Source: Eledone cirrhosa (lineage: Eukaryota). From it: DNA of 64,000 nucleotides. This document shows positions 41,695-53,496 of the stretch, one piece after another; positions within the stretch are counted from its first letter, which is position 1, and every line of letters begins with the position of its first letter. The position numbers were made by a program, and so were the translations under genes. The stretch is taken from positions 50,220,001 to 50,284,000 of the forward strand of contig OZ024743.1 of the NCBI GenBank assembly GCA_964016885.1, given 5' to 3'. The notes beneath the pieces are model-generated. The model was not told where the DNA came from. It did no database searches and saw only the letters and a list, made by a program, of their open reading frames with translations.

Positions 41695-42045
41695 TAACGA
41701 AGGAGTTGTGGTAAGGAACCAGATGGACCATAACGCACCAGAGTACTCAATACTTGGGGTAGTAGAGTGGGTAATAGGAAAAAGTATGACCCCGACGGCA
41801 GAGCTCAAGCCGTTTCGACGGCTATTTCTGGACTAAAGTAAAAGGTTTTTTTAGTCTGGTAAATAAATAGCCGAACTTTTCAAGAGGTACTTCCTTATAT
41901 GGGAAGATTGTAGTTGTCAAGAGGATTGATCAAAGTTTGTAGCAGACACAGAAAAGTCTATCATGGCAGTGGAGGCGGGGTGGGGGTGGCTGAACTTGCC
42001 TGTAGAACGATAGGGGAGTGGGTAGAGCCGGTCAAGCGTTGAAGG

Positions 42046-42050
<5 letters not shown>
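41695..42050 (-). mobile_element. PLE pLTR fragment between (TA)n tracts
   Basis: Shares its end with 11415 and 11848 and contains an HHR. Confidence 0.65.
41789..41888 (-). ncRNA. Type I hammerhead ribozyme, U3-A8 variant (second family)
   Basis: Minus strand: stem I acctc/ggggt, core TTGAAAA, long stem II cggctattt/aaatagccg with extension, GAA, stem III ACGGC-ttgagctct-GCCGT and a GUC triplet. Confidence 0.8.
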
Positions 42051-42089
<39 letters not shown>

Positions 42090-42099
42090 CATATATATT

Positions 42100-42130
<31 letters not shown>

Positions 42131-42659
42131 CGCCCCACGTGGGTTCAGATAACGGTCAGTTCCTTAGCTTTGCATAGAACTAAATGCCTGTTGAAAAAGT
42201 GACTTCCTTGTTCGATCATCATACCAAAAGCTTAACATTATTTGTTTAAGCAGACAGTACCTGATTCAGGAGTTGCAGAAACTCCATATTGGATTTTACC
42301 ACCGTTTCTGGGGTTCGGGTATAATTTTCAATCATATTTTGTTTGACCCGAATAGCTTGGTCGTTTCTATGGCTTTGCGGTTAATGGTTTAACCATCGTC
42401 TCAGTGTGTTTGGCCTTTTAACGTATGTTGTTGCTCTAGTTCACTAGTTTCTATGGAGCGCTTGCCACACATCTCGGAAGTTGTTTTTCGCTAATTTCCA
42501 ATAGCCGAAATGAGATTCTCGCTAATTTATATTTGTATATACATATCTATATATATGCGCACGTGTGTTTGTACATATGTATTTGTGTGTGTGTTTGTTT
42601 GTATGTATGTATGAATGGATGGATGGATGTTTGTATGTTCTCTCTTTTAATTTTAAGTT

Positions 42660-45185
42660 TATTTTTGACCGGCCACCTTCCCGGTGGCAAGGTTGTAAAG
42701 GAAGGAAATTGTCGTTGTCTCTTGTCTAAAAGTACATTCTTTGAGTCTTAAGAATATTTTACAAATTTTGAAGGTTTCAGATATCGCAGCCATTTGAAGC
42801 TTATGGATTAAGGAGCGACCTTCTTTCTCCACAAATCCAAGTTAAGTAAAATAAAATCTTCCAATGTTCCTGGGAGAGAGATTTGTATCAGGTTTTATTT
42901 CACGTCTCTCTTCTAGATCAGTTGCTATCCAAACAATATTATTATTTTTATGCTCATAAACCTGGGCAAGATGGTTGCTGCCCTATTTCTTCTGCTGAAC
43001 AGCTATGTTATTATCCTTGTCTTGTGTGGTATTAATATGAATTTTAGGCCCCAGCTCCATCCTTGCGTGAGAAATATAGCCTATCACCATTGATGTTAAA
43101 GTTTCTAGTAATACTGAGAAGCTTGATAGTCCTTATATCCATTTAGCACAGTTCTAGCAATGACCAATTCAGCTCGGCAAACGTTGGCGTTAGGATGGGC
43201 ACAGTAAAAGTATTATGGGTAATGTGCTTGTTGTACACTGAGAGTTCTGATGATCATCTTTATTCTCCTCGGTAATTCCTGGTCCTCTCCTTATGTATGG
43301 ATCCATCATATCTGACATTCTCATCTTATAATTGTTACCTGACTGTTGAGGTGGTATCGTCAAGCCGTTCATTTTTAGGTTTTCAAAGGAGGGCACAACT
43401 TTTCTACGTTTTATTGTACAAAAATGCACATTTGGACTCACCAAATTTCATTCCATTGTCTGTAGAAAATTGGGTAATGAGGTCCAATTGTTTTATGTGG
43501 TTGTTATTTGGTTCATATAATTCCAGCTCTTTGATAAAGAAAATATGGGAAATAGTTCTGGACGCATTCCTATGACCACTGAGTTTTGAGAGCTGGTATG
43601 ATATTGGGTTTAATGAAAGGACGAAGAGTAGCACTGATAAGCTAACGCCCTGAAAAATGCTTTTGTAATAGTGAACGCTATCAGACTCAGTTTGCTCCTT
43701 ATCACTCCTAAAGAGTAAAGTTGTGTACCAAGTTTTAGTGAGGTGTTCGATAGAAGCTACTAGTAGTTGTGGGACTTTGGTTAACTGTAAAGCCTTCATA
43801 AACAAACCATGTAGTATACTATCAAAGCCTTCTGGTAGTCCAGCCACACTACATGTTTGGTTATTTGAGGGGATGGGAGTAGTAATGGCAGTTGATAACC
43901 ATTGAGGCAGTTCTTGTGTGCTTTTGATACTTTCTCCATACTATATGAGATCTTTCTGATAAAAGGTGAAATTCTTCAGCCAGTAACTTGCTATGAGCTT
44001 TGGGCCTGGAGATTTCCTGTTTGAAATTTTCTGTGGAGTTGTTTCCAGTATTGCACCATCTATTCCATATTCCTTTTGCTGGACTTTATGGTAGTAGTCC
44101 TGCACCAGTTCTTTTAACTACAACTTGTTTGTTGAATTCATCATTTGTTTTCCATATATATCTCCAGTAGCTTTCAACCTGATCTTTTGTCGGGGTGTAT
44201 TTTACAGAGATTGAGCCTTTCACATTAAAGCTACAATTGACTGGGATCTCTGGCATATAATCTATTCATTTGCTGTTTATACGCTGTAGATTTATATTTT
44301 AGTTTTTTAGTTATAGCTGTGAGTTGTTGATTCAGCTGGTGTAGGTTGGAGTTTAAGATTTTAAATCCTGTATCTCCAAATCGCCTCACTAGTTATTATT
44401 TTTAGACCTTCTTGGTGTCGTGTGAAATTGTTCTCTGTGTTACATTCCATAACTACAGTGATCTGTGAGATACTTCTTTGCAGTAACATTTTATTTTTAA
44501 GTTATGTGCCCATGTTAGTACAGGCTTTCTGCTTGTATCTTGATTGCGTGGCTTCAGCTGTTTGTGATACGCTAGCAATGTAATAGATGAGACATATATC
44601 TAAAGCTTAATGATTTTGTATGTTATTTCATACCCATGGCCTTCAGAAATTGTCTACTAGTTTGTTTACTATTTCCAATTCTAATTTATTGGGTTCTTTA
44701 TTAATACTAGTGTTATATAGCCTGTCATTTAAATCAAGGTTGTGGACCTGTTGAAACATATCATCCCAGATCACTTGTAAAGTGTCCACAAGTTTTTGAT
44801 GTTCTTCTGTTTATACAGTAGTAGAGGTATGGATTTCAGCTAAATTGTTAGTGTGTAGTTTACTACTAGAGTTAACTGACCGTTCTATCTGTTCTGTGGA
44901 AGTGGGATTATCTTCAATGGCTGATTTTGTAGTGCCAGCCTGCTTTAGATCAGACAGTTCCGTTAAATGTATCAATTTACTAATGATACGTTTTGCTTGT
45001 TCCTTTATGTTTTAAGGATTATTTAATTCTGTGTGTTGGGAGTTCCACAAATATTTTAGCCTTAAAACCGAACGTTTTGGAGTCAGATTGTATATATGCT
45101 TCATATAATTCTAAGATTGTAGCTCCATTGTATACAATGATTGTAGGCACAATTTGGTTGAAGGAGACATTAGTTTAGCGAGGAT
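42660..45185 (-). mobile_element. Decayed R4/Dong-like non-LTR retrotransposon (3' part)
   Basis: Minus strand KSPGP...YWLK, LPQWL, FDSI.H, IFQGVSLSVLLFVLSLNPIS, ISHIFF...LELY, GMKFGESKCA are degenerate RT motifs with many stops. Confidence 0.7.
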
Positions 45186-45189
45186 GATT

Positions 45190-48100
45190 TTATCTATTCA
45201 CTGATAATAGTTTATGATAGTGCACATACTTAAATATGGAATGTTACGCGATGCCTCCCGCAGCCCCGGCGGACAGGATAGAGAAGGCGTTCCCCCAGAT
45301 GACGGCAAGGGAGACGCGCTGGAAAAGCCACTCCAACTCGCGGGTTCACACCTGCGGCTGGCCAGCTCAGCGCCTATGGTGGTGAGTAGGAAGGTATCCC
45401 TAGGGCCGAGGACACCAGAAGTCTCCACTGCCAGGGGTACAACCGCAAACCTGTCGGAGTGCGACCGGTATTTGAGGAGTTTGGCCTCCTCAGCCCGACG
45501 TGCAGCAGAACCTGGGTCAGTCGCAGACTGCACCAGGTTGCGGCTGCAGAAAGTGTTGGTGCAAGTAGCATCCCAGACGAGGGGTTTGCCACCGCGGAAC
45601 GGGAAGATGGTTATGCCATCTGGCCTTTTGCCGTCCCCTCGGTCCAGCCCCACCGGCTCAAGCTGGGAAGGGAAGCCCGCAGCGTCCAGGCCATACTTTA
45701 TGACCTCGTTGAGGGCAGCATGGCGTGGGAGGCGGCCAGCACTGTGGCGACAGGAAAGCGGGTGGAGGCCGAAAGAAGAGTCCACGGTGGATCCGCAGCA
45801 ACATTGGTGTGGCTCGCAGATCCGGAGGCTGAGCCTCAAAGAAACACCGATGCGCAGGCTATTGTTGTCTAGCTGCGTACGTGGAGAAGGAGGGTAGGGC
45901 ATGGAGCCAGGCACCACTGTGGGATTTGGAGGCCGCACGAAAGCAGGCGAGGCGGTGCTGGTCGAGTTGGGGCGTGAGCCTGTCTGAGGTCAGGCTGCAC
46001 TGGATGGCATCCCAAGTGCTTTGGGGGGTCGTGACGTCAACAGGGGGAGGGACGTCTACTGGGCTAAGTCTCAGCCGGTCCCACATCTCACATGCGGCCT
46101 CACATTCTCTGAACACAGGGTTCTATTGTGTTTTGAAGAACCCTGCTGACGAGGACGCGGCACGAGGTTACCGACACAAGATACACCGGCAAAGCCAGCG
46201 AGATCAGGGACCGGAGGGCAAGGCCGCCATACCTGACAGGTAAAGTGGCCTGTTGCCATCCAATGTCGTCAAACTTCATGTTGCATAAATCTTCGGCTGC
46301 TGCTCGGATACAAGTATCGAGGTCACCGATGTGGGTGTAGCACGGAGCGCTGCGAAGGGTATAGAGGAGCTTCGGCATGGCGAAGCAGTTCCTCAACAGA
46401 AAGAGAGCTGGGTGGCCGTCGATCAAGCCCAGTCGGCTCGCGAGAGTCTGGAAATGTTGAAGCCTGGACCTGATAGTGGAGCGGATGGCCGGCGGGTGGA
46501 TCGGTGACCCGAGGATGAGGACATCCTCTTTGGGGGCCACCTGTACCTGGTGGAGAATGGACCGCACGTCCGAGACGGAGGCTGCAAAGCTCTCAGCATC
46601 GTGGCTGACATTCACCACCTCCGACTTGGCCGAGATGATATGGAGGCCGATTCCCGCTAGGGCAGGAACACCGATTGAAGGTCATGGCAAACAGTCTGTA
46701 CGGGCCCGCCCAACGTAGCATCATCCAGATACCACAGGCTGAGATGGGCCGTGATACTCCGGGCGATGTGGTCTATACCAAGGGCAAACAGGAGGTGTCC
46801 CAAAGGGTCGCCTTGTTGGACCCCAGTAGCCGAAGGTATGACCGTATCTGCAGCAAGGAGCATGCTCGGGGCTCCATACGACAAGTAGGCCAGCGGATAG
46901 GCAGAGGGGGCTGGGCTGAGGCAGGCATCGATCAGATGGTCCCGGCGCAAGCAATTGAAGGTATTCCTCATGTCAAGCTTGACAATGAGGTGCCTGGAGT
47001 CCCTGGATGCTGGTTCCGGTGGGCAGCTGTTGAAGAACTGCCTGGTTGCATGTGCGGTCCCCTCACAGCCACCGGACACGCCGACACCCAGTTGCACCGG
47101 ACTGAACTCGTCACCCAGTTCGGGTGTTATGGACCTGCAGACCACCTTGGCAGCCAGCCTCCGGAAGACATTGCCCACAGCGATGGGGCGTATGCTACAC
47201 TCTTTCTTCCTGAGAGCGGTGAGGCTAGCCGAAAAAAAGAGGCTTCGGGCGTGAGGGTCCAGTGTGCCATGGATGAGCCTATTGGTGAGCCCCACAATTG
47301 CACTCAGAATGCGGCACCCCACCTCAGCGGAGAGGGGATAGCAACTTATTGAGGTGGCCTGGTCGGAGACCATCAGCACCTCCGCTGCTGCTAGCTGGGA
47401 AGGACTTGGTGACAGACATGATGTCTGCGTCGGAAGCCACATTGAGCAAGTTGGGGTCGGGTGGTGGTATGGGTCTGAGATCAGCGGGTGGCTCAGGGTT
47501 ATTGAGTCACAGGGCAACCAGGACCTCCTCGGTAGGTTGGAGGACAGTGTCCTCTGAGGCAACCACTCTGACTGCGGCCGAGACATCACCCATGATTAGT
47601 TTACCATTTACGCGGTCACGCAAACGCTTGGCGCTGGCCTCAGGAGTGGAGGATTGGGGGTACTAAATGGTGGGGTGTGCGGCGTCCCTAGGCACGCTTG
47701 GAATAGGCGCTTGCCCAAAGGACGAAACATTGGCCTTGCCGAAGGCTGCTGTCGACCGGCCGCCCCGGTCAGTGCCAGAGCTGGGGAGGCCGAGGGCGAG
47801 TGGGGCGAAATAAAAGAGTCGCTCCCAGTCGCTGGCTCGATTGGAGTCCAGGGCGCTCACAATCGAGGAAGCGATGGCATCGGCTACCGGCACCCGGGCC
47901 GCTCTAGGGATCCTGAGTGGAATCTTCCGGAGCCGCCTGAGCCGAGCGATGTTGACCAGCGACGCTTGGGCATCAGGCAAGCTCGCTGTCTCATCTGGTG
48001 GTGTGCCAGACGGCCGTGGCTGGGCAGACGAGGGGAAGAGGCAGTTCTTGCATCTCTACGCTGCGAGGACAGTGGAAGCTTGACGTGGCAAGCCAACACA

Positions 48101-48505
48101 GGTGAGGTGGTGGAAGCAGCCGCACCCCGAACAGTTCCGACCCCTCTTCCGTCTGTTAGTTGTGCTGCAAGTGTCGGCTTGGGGAGATGGGGCGTGGGAC
48201 CGGGGACTGGGGCACCGAGCGGCATCAGGGGTGAGTGGCTGGCGTGTGTGGGTGGAAGGGAAGGTGCTAGTAAGAGGGCCTCATAGCTCACCTACATCAG
48301 ATATAGAGGTGTCAGAAGACAAGAGAGAAAATAAGGGGTGCATGGCGGTGGACACACAAGAAGGTAGAATGTTAGCAAATGAATGAATGAATGGATGAAT
48401 GTACAAAAAAAAAAACAACCAAAGGTAGGGGAAGAGAGAAAACGGGGTTGTTCTCAGAGGAAAGACCCAGAGTTCAGCACGCACACATGCGAGCATGTTA
48501 GCAGC
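45190..48505 (-). mobile_element. CRE-clade non-LTR retrotransposon (RT plus restriction-like endonuclease), near full length, frameshifted
   Basis: RIPRAAR, IRPIAVGNVFRRLAAK, QLGVGVSGGCE, KLDMRNTFN, GVQQGDPLG, WYLDD, CCCG..HPLSC..RH, KRPDGIT..LVWDATC, AEEAK..KY, PLAVETSG. It is a GC-rich island with no clear TSD. Confidence 0.9.
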
Positions 48506-48509
48506 TTCT

Positions 48510-48870
48510 CATAGGATATTGTGGCTGGGGGTGAGTCATTCAATCCTGAAAACATATGTGTTGTTGTCACTGATGCTGGAGTTGGCTTCCTTTTGTTAAT
48601 GGTAGTGGTAGTGATTGCTGCTAAGATGTTGATGTTTAAACATGTGTTGTTGTTGTTAATGTCACAGTTATCGTTGCCTTCCTCTTGTTAATGGTGGTGG
48701 TAGATGAAACTGCTACCAATTCGGACTGCCAGGCAGTATGCTGACGCTCGAGTGCCTCCTTTTACCGAAGATGAGGTGTCGATGTTATTATCCTGTTGCT
48801 GTCGCCTCTTGACCGGAGATGCGGGTCAGTGGCTTTCGGCATCATTTGGCAGCACAACGGCAAATAAATA
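48510..48870 (-). mobile_element. Probable 5' remainder of the R4/Dong-like element interrupted by the CRE element
   Basis: Inferred from position and low-complexity N-terminal-like sequence; no diagnostic motif. Confidence 0.35.
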
Positions 48871-50498
48871 TATTCTCTATTTTTGTTTTGTTTTTTTCTT
48901 TCTCTCTGTCTAATCCGATTCAAATTATTTGGCAGTGAATTGGTGGTCGGTTTTGTTTTGTTTTGTTTTATGTTTCCATCTGTTTTTATTTATTGCTCTC
49001 GCTCTTCTCGTATGTTTCGGTGCGTTAAAATTGTAAGGTTCCTAGCAGTTATTATTTCAGGTTATATTTCCATTCTAGGATGTATTCCACCATAACAGTA
49101 CATACTGCTTCCCAGCATCATGGATTAAACTGTGAGTTAATGTCGGGAATGTTTGACTATTGGGTAATCAGATAATCCAAGCGTACAATCATCAATGTAG
49201 ATATGGATAGAGTCTAGTGGATTTGAGAATGTGTTAGAAGTGATGAAGCAGCGTGGTAAATATTTAAGATAAAAATTCATTAACTCAAGAGGGTTGGTAT
49301 CTGATGCAGGCAAATTTCCTTCATCAATGTCAGGATCAACATCTTTATGGACTTCGCGTGTTGAGTTACGTATGGCGAACTATAATGTTTAATAATTCGC
49401 GAGTAGTATAACAGCTCTGTTCGGCTCTCATTCAATGGGATGAAAAAGCCTGTAAATGGGTATGGTTACTCCAAGGAATGGCATAATATTAACATACCAC
49501 TTACATATATACACATACATGTATGCCCACGTATATATGTGTGTTGGTATGTCAAATACACACATATATATGTGTATATCCGTGTGGGGAGCAATACGTG
49601 TTGGTTTGTTTTTAATTTTTTTTCTTCTCTCTTTCTAATCCGATTCAAAAAATTATTTGGCAGTGAATTGATGGTCGTTTTTTTTGTTTTATTTTTGTCC
49701 CCCTTCTTTTTATTTTGTTTCTTTCTCTTTACTTTCAGCCACTCTCATATATAGGAGTTTTTCGGTGACAGCTCTCAGTTCTTGTTTGAGAATGGTAAAC
49801 TTCTTTAGAAGAGTTATGTTTGTACTGTTTTCACTCTTTGTGTGTGAAGAGTGTAGTTTTTGTTTTTATTTACAAGTGATAAGCATTATCCCATGGCCGA
49901 TAGTTTTCCGGAGGTCAGCGATCATTTTTCTCTTTTTGAAATGTACGATGGCATTTTTGAGTTGTTTTATTTCTACTAACATCTCTATTATCAGTAAGAT
50001 AATGTTTCACTGTCATTGCTACGGTATTTCGAGAGACGTTAATTTGCCAAAATGTAAAATCTTTAATTTGTCGTAAAATATTCACCTCCAAGTTTGTCGA
50101 TAGCCACAGCATTTCATTATTTGGTTTCTTGTTTAATATTGTCGTTTTATGTCTTTTATTGAGAGAAAGTTCCAAACACAAACTAATCTCTGTTTCGCTA
50201 AGGATATATTTTAACTTTCCCAGCTAATTATAGACTTATTAAGATTGTCAGTATTTAAATGTTGATGGTTAACGTGACTGCGAGATATAGCAATGGAGGT
50301 ATAACCTGTTGTGACGCCTGGTGTCAAATGTGTTGTCGGCATGGCTGTTTCAAGAGACTGTGTATTGCTGTTGTTTGTTGTTGATGGTTGGACAGTTAAC
50401 ATGGTGGTCTGTTGTGACATGTATTGATTGTATGTCTGATAAAGGAGACTGATCACTTAGTGTTGTTATTTGTAAGGGTTCCACACTTTCATTATTTT

Positions 50499-50657
50499 GG
50501 TCGGACGCCATGCTTTCCAGCATAGTTATGTACCTTTACGGTCTGAGTTCAAATTCAGCCGAGGTTAACTTTGCCTTTCATATGGGGTCGATAAAATAAA
50601 GTACCAGTAATACACTGGGATAATTGCTGGCCTTGTGCCAAAAGTAGAAACAATTAT
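50499..50657 (+). mobile_element. Nin/Deu-core SINE, 5'-truncated
   Basis: B box, core and tail present. Confidence 0.8.
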
Positions 50658-50964
50658 TTTGAATAATGTTTATGTTATTTTTACGCTCCATAAATGTTGT
50701 TTGGCTCTGCAATAATCTAGCTCTGGGTGAAGTTCGTTCTGGTGAATAACGGGGAAATATCCAGATATTTAATAGGGTTGGTAATTGTGGCATTGTTGTT
50801 TGAGATAGCGTTCCTCATAAATTTAATGAATAGTCTCCCACGCCATATGTCCTACTGTTCGCGTCGAGTTGTCACGTACGTATGTATGTATGTATGTATG
50901 TATGTATGTATGTATGTATGTATGTATGTATGTATGTATGTATGTATGTATGTATGTATGTGTG

Positions 50965-51573
50965 TCAGGTCACCAGTTGGTGCTACTGGTAACATGTATT
51001 CCAGTACAACCTGTCCCATGGTCGGGTCGTTGGCGACTAAACTGGCAACCCCACCAAAGTTTCTTGGTGAGGAGGGTGACTTTGGACATCCTGCAGGACT
51101 AAAAACAAAACCTGTCAAAGGGCAAAGGAGCTCTTAAGAGTCAATGGCCATCCAAAATCACCGGGAGAGATGACCCCTTAGCCATTGTTAAGGCAGAATT
51201 CTAGGAGAAGGAAAACTCTGATATAACACCTGCAACCCTGATGGTATCCAATGATGTTGACTTGTTCTTCTTTTTGGTAAATATCATCTTGGTTAAGAGA
51301 GTGGGACTGGCTTTGTGCAGTGCCTTTGCTCACTATAAAAGCTTCACGGCACAGGCATTGCTTTATATCTGGAGATCTCTCTGCACTTGTCGTCACATGG
51401 TACCATGGGCCCAGCACTATGTGTCAATAATTGTCACAAGTGTAGTGTTTGTACTAGAGTTTTCAAGTCGCTGTCTGGACTAAAAAGTCACACTCGTTCA
51501 GCGTATCGGTAGGGGTTCTCCTACATGGATATAAAGGGGTGGCCGTACTCGAAAACGAGTTGGCAGCCACCAT
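50965..51573 (+). mobile_element. Non-autonomous internally deleted RTE element (~610 bp) in (TATG)n
   Basis: RTE-type 5' UTR motif GGAGAAGGAAAACTCTGA fused to a C2H2 remnant HKCSVCTRVFKSLSGLKSHTRS. Its tail GGCCGTACTCGAAAACGAGTTGGCAGCCACCAT resembles the RTE tail at 52394. Confidence 0.75.
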
Positions 51574-51664
51574 GTATGTATGTATGTATGTATGTATGTA
51601 TGTATGTATGTATGTATAGATGTATGTCTGTATGTATGTATGTATGTATGTATGTATGTATATA

Positions 51665-52430
51665 GTATGTCGAGATTTTGGAAAGCTCTATGTGTGACAG
51701 TATAGAAGCTCTTGTGCTTAAGCAACGACTCCGCTGGAGTGGTTACCTTGCCAGGAGAAAGGTTTCTAGAATACCAAAACAACTCTTTTATGGAGAGTTA
51801 GTTAAAGGAAAACGACCTCCACATAAACCAAAAAAGAGGTATAAGGATTCGTTGAAAGCCTCTTTGAATGACGCTAACATCTCTGCTGATACATGGGAAA
51901 GTGTAGCTGCTGATCGTAATAAATGGAGAAAGACTGTATATGAGGGGAAAGTTGCCTTTGAAGCATCTCGAATCGCATATGAGAAAGTAAAAAGGGATGT
52001 GAGGACGGGCATTGCTATTGCATTTCCAGACGGCAAAGGTCCTCCTATGGCGCTGACATACAGTTTCTGTGCGAGATCCTGCTCCAGCAAAGCTGGACTC
52101 GAAAGTCATCTTCGCAGTCATAAAGTGAGACCAGTGGTTGAGTGCCAGGCTGCTGTTGGAGATGCTACTCATCATACTTGTCAAGCATGTGGAAGAGAGT
52201 GTAAATCAGCAGGAGGGCTCAAACGACATGCAAAAGTAGATGAAGACCAACCACAGCCAGCTACTGCCAGTGAATGCTTTGGTTCCCAACTCTGTGTAAG
52301 ATATTTTCGATCATTGGCTAGGATAAAAAGCCACATTCGATCGCAGCACCGTTAATTATTAATATATATGCGTGTTCTTTTTTATCGTGCAATGGCTATA
52401 CTCGATAACGAGGAGGCAGCCATCATCATG
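51665..52430 (+). mobile_element. RTE-clade LINE 3' fragment (RT C-terminus plus three C2H2 remnants)
   Basis: SIEAL..QRLRWSGYLAR..RIPKQLFYGEL..GKRP..KPKKRYKDSLK..WESVAADRNKWRK, then CSSKAGLESH, CQACGRECKSAGGLKRH and LCVRYFRSLARIKSH. Tail ends in (CAT)n. Confidence 0.9.
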
Positions 52431-52654
52431 TATGTATGTATGTGTAGGGGTGTGTATGTGCGTGCGTGTATGTGAAAGAGGCTGATCGTCAGATCAAACC
52501 AAGGAAACTGTTCCCATTTGGGCTTTACATTGCTGATACTGTCTGATAGAAAGTGGTGGGATTTGAACACAGAACACACAAAGCCGGATCAACTACCACA
52601 AAGCATCCCATTCGATTTAATAAGAATTTCTCCAAACCACCGCCTCTGTACTTG

Positions 52655-52856
52655 TACTTCCTTTATTGACTCCAGAAACGATAAAAGGTAGAGTTAACTT
52701 TGACGGGATTTGAACTCAGACTGCAGTGAGCTGGAACAAATATTGAAGTATTTAATTCGACTTTGCCAATTCGCAACCAGTTGAATTAATTGGAGAAACA
52801 GGAATTAAACTCACAACCTTACGATCGTGAGCCCAACACCTTTCACACTAAGTCAC
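52655..52856 (-). mobile_element. Diverged Nin/Deu SINE followed by a CORE-SINE head
   Basis: GGGATTTGAACTCAG at about 52705, then AACTCACAACCTTACGATCG...CGCCTTC. Confidence 0.55.
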
Positions 52857-53496
52857 ACGCCTTCACTATCTCTGTAGTAACATCTACTAAATTATACAGT
52901 CAGTTTCACCAAATATAGAAGAAATTTAAAAAAAATGTTTTATATATCTTCATTTCCATTGGCAGACCAACTGATATTAACCTAGCTCGGAGCACCATCT
53001 TTATGATCTTATCATTGCAACAGAGACATCCCTGCATCCCCTCAGAACGATGTGTTGTTATAAAGCAGATACAGACAGATAAGGATCTTACTTTAAAAAT
53101 AGCTCTGCAAAAGTCTCATGAAATTAAAGAAAGAAACAAAAGAAGAAAATCTATCTTGCTAATCTCGTGTCATAGCAAAAGTCTGCAACTATTCAAAACA
53201 CTGGCCAAACAATAAACAAACCAATATGTCAATTTTCTCACCAGTAAAATCAAAGAACATAAATATTCTAGTGCAAACAACGTTTATTTGCGAGGCAACA
53301 AACGAGACTACGCCAATGGGTTGAACTCCATGCTCCCCAGGGACATCTCAAAATATCTTATACTACCCAACTTGATATAAAAATAAATAAATAAAAAGGT
53401 TTAGCTAATAATTGTTTCTTGTCAGAATGACAAGGGCCGTAACTTTATGTGTCAAAGCATGCGTCCGACTCTAATAATACATATTATTATTATTAG

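Noticed and set aside
50968-51045. HDV-like ribozyme at the RTE-derived 5' end
   Set aside because: Partial P1/P2 pairings exist (ggtcacc/ggtcgtt, ccagt/actgg), but I could not build a canonical P3/L3/P4. A covariance-model search would be needed.
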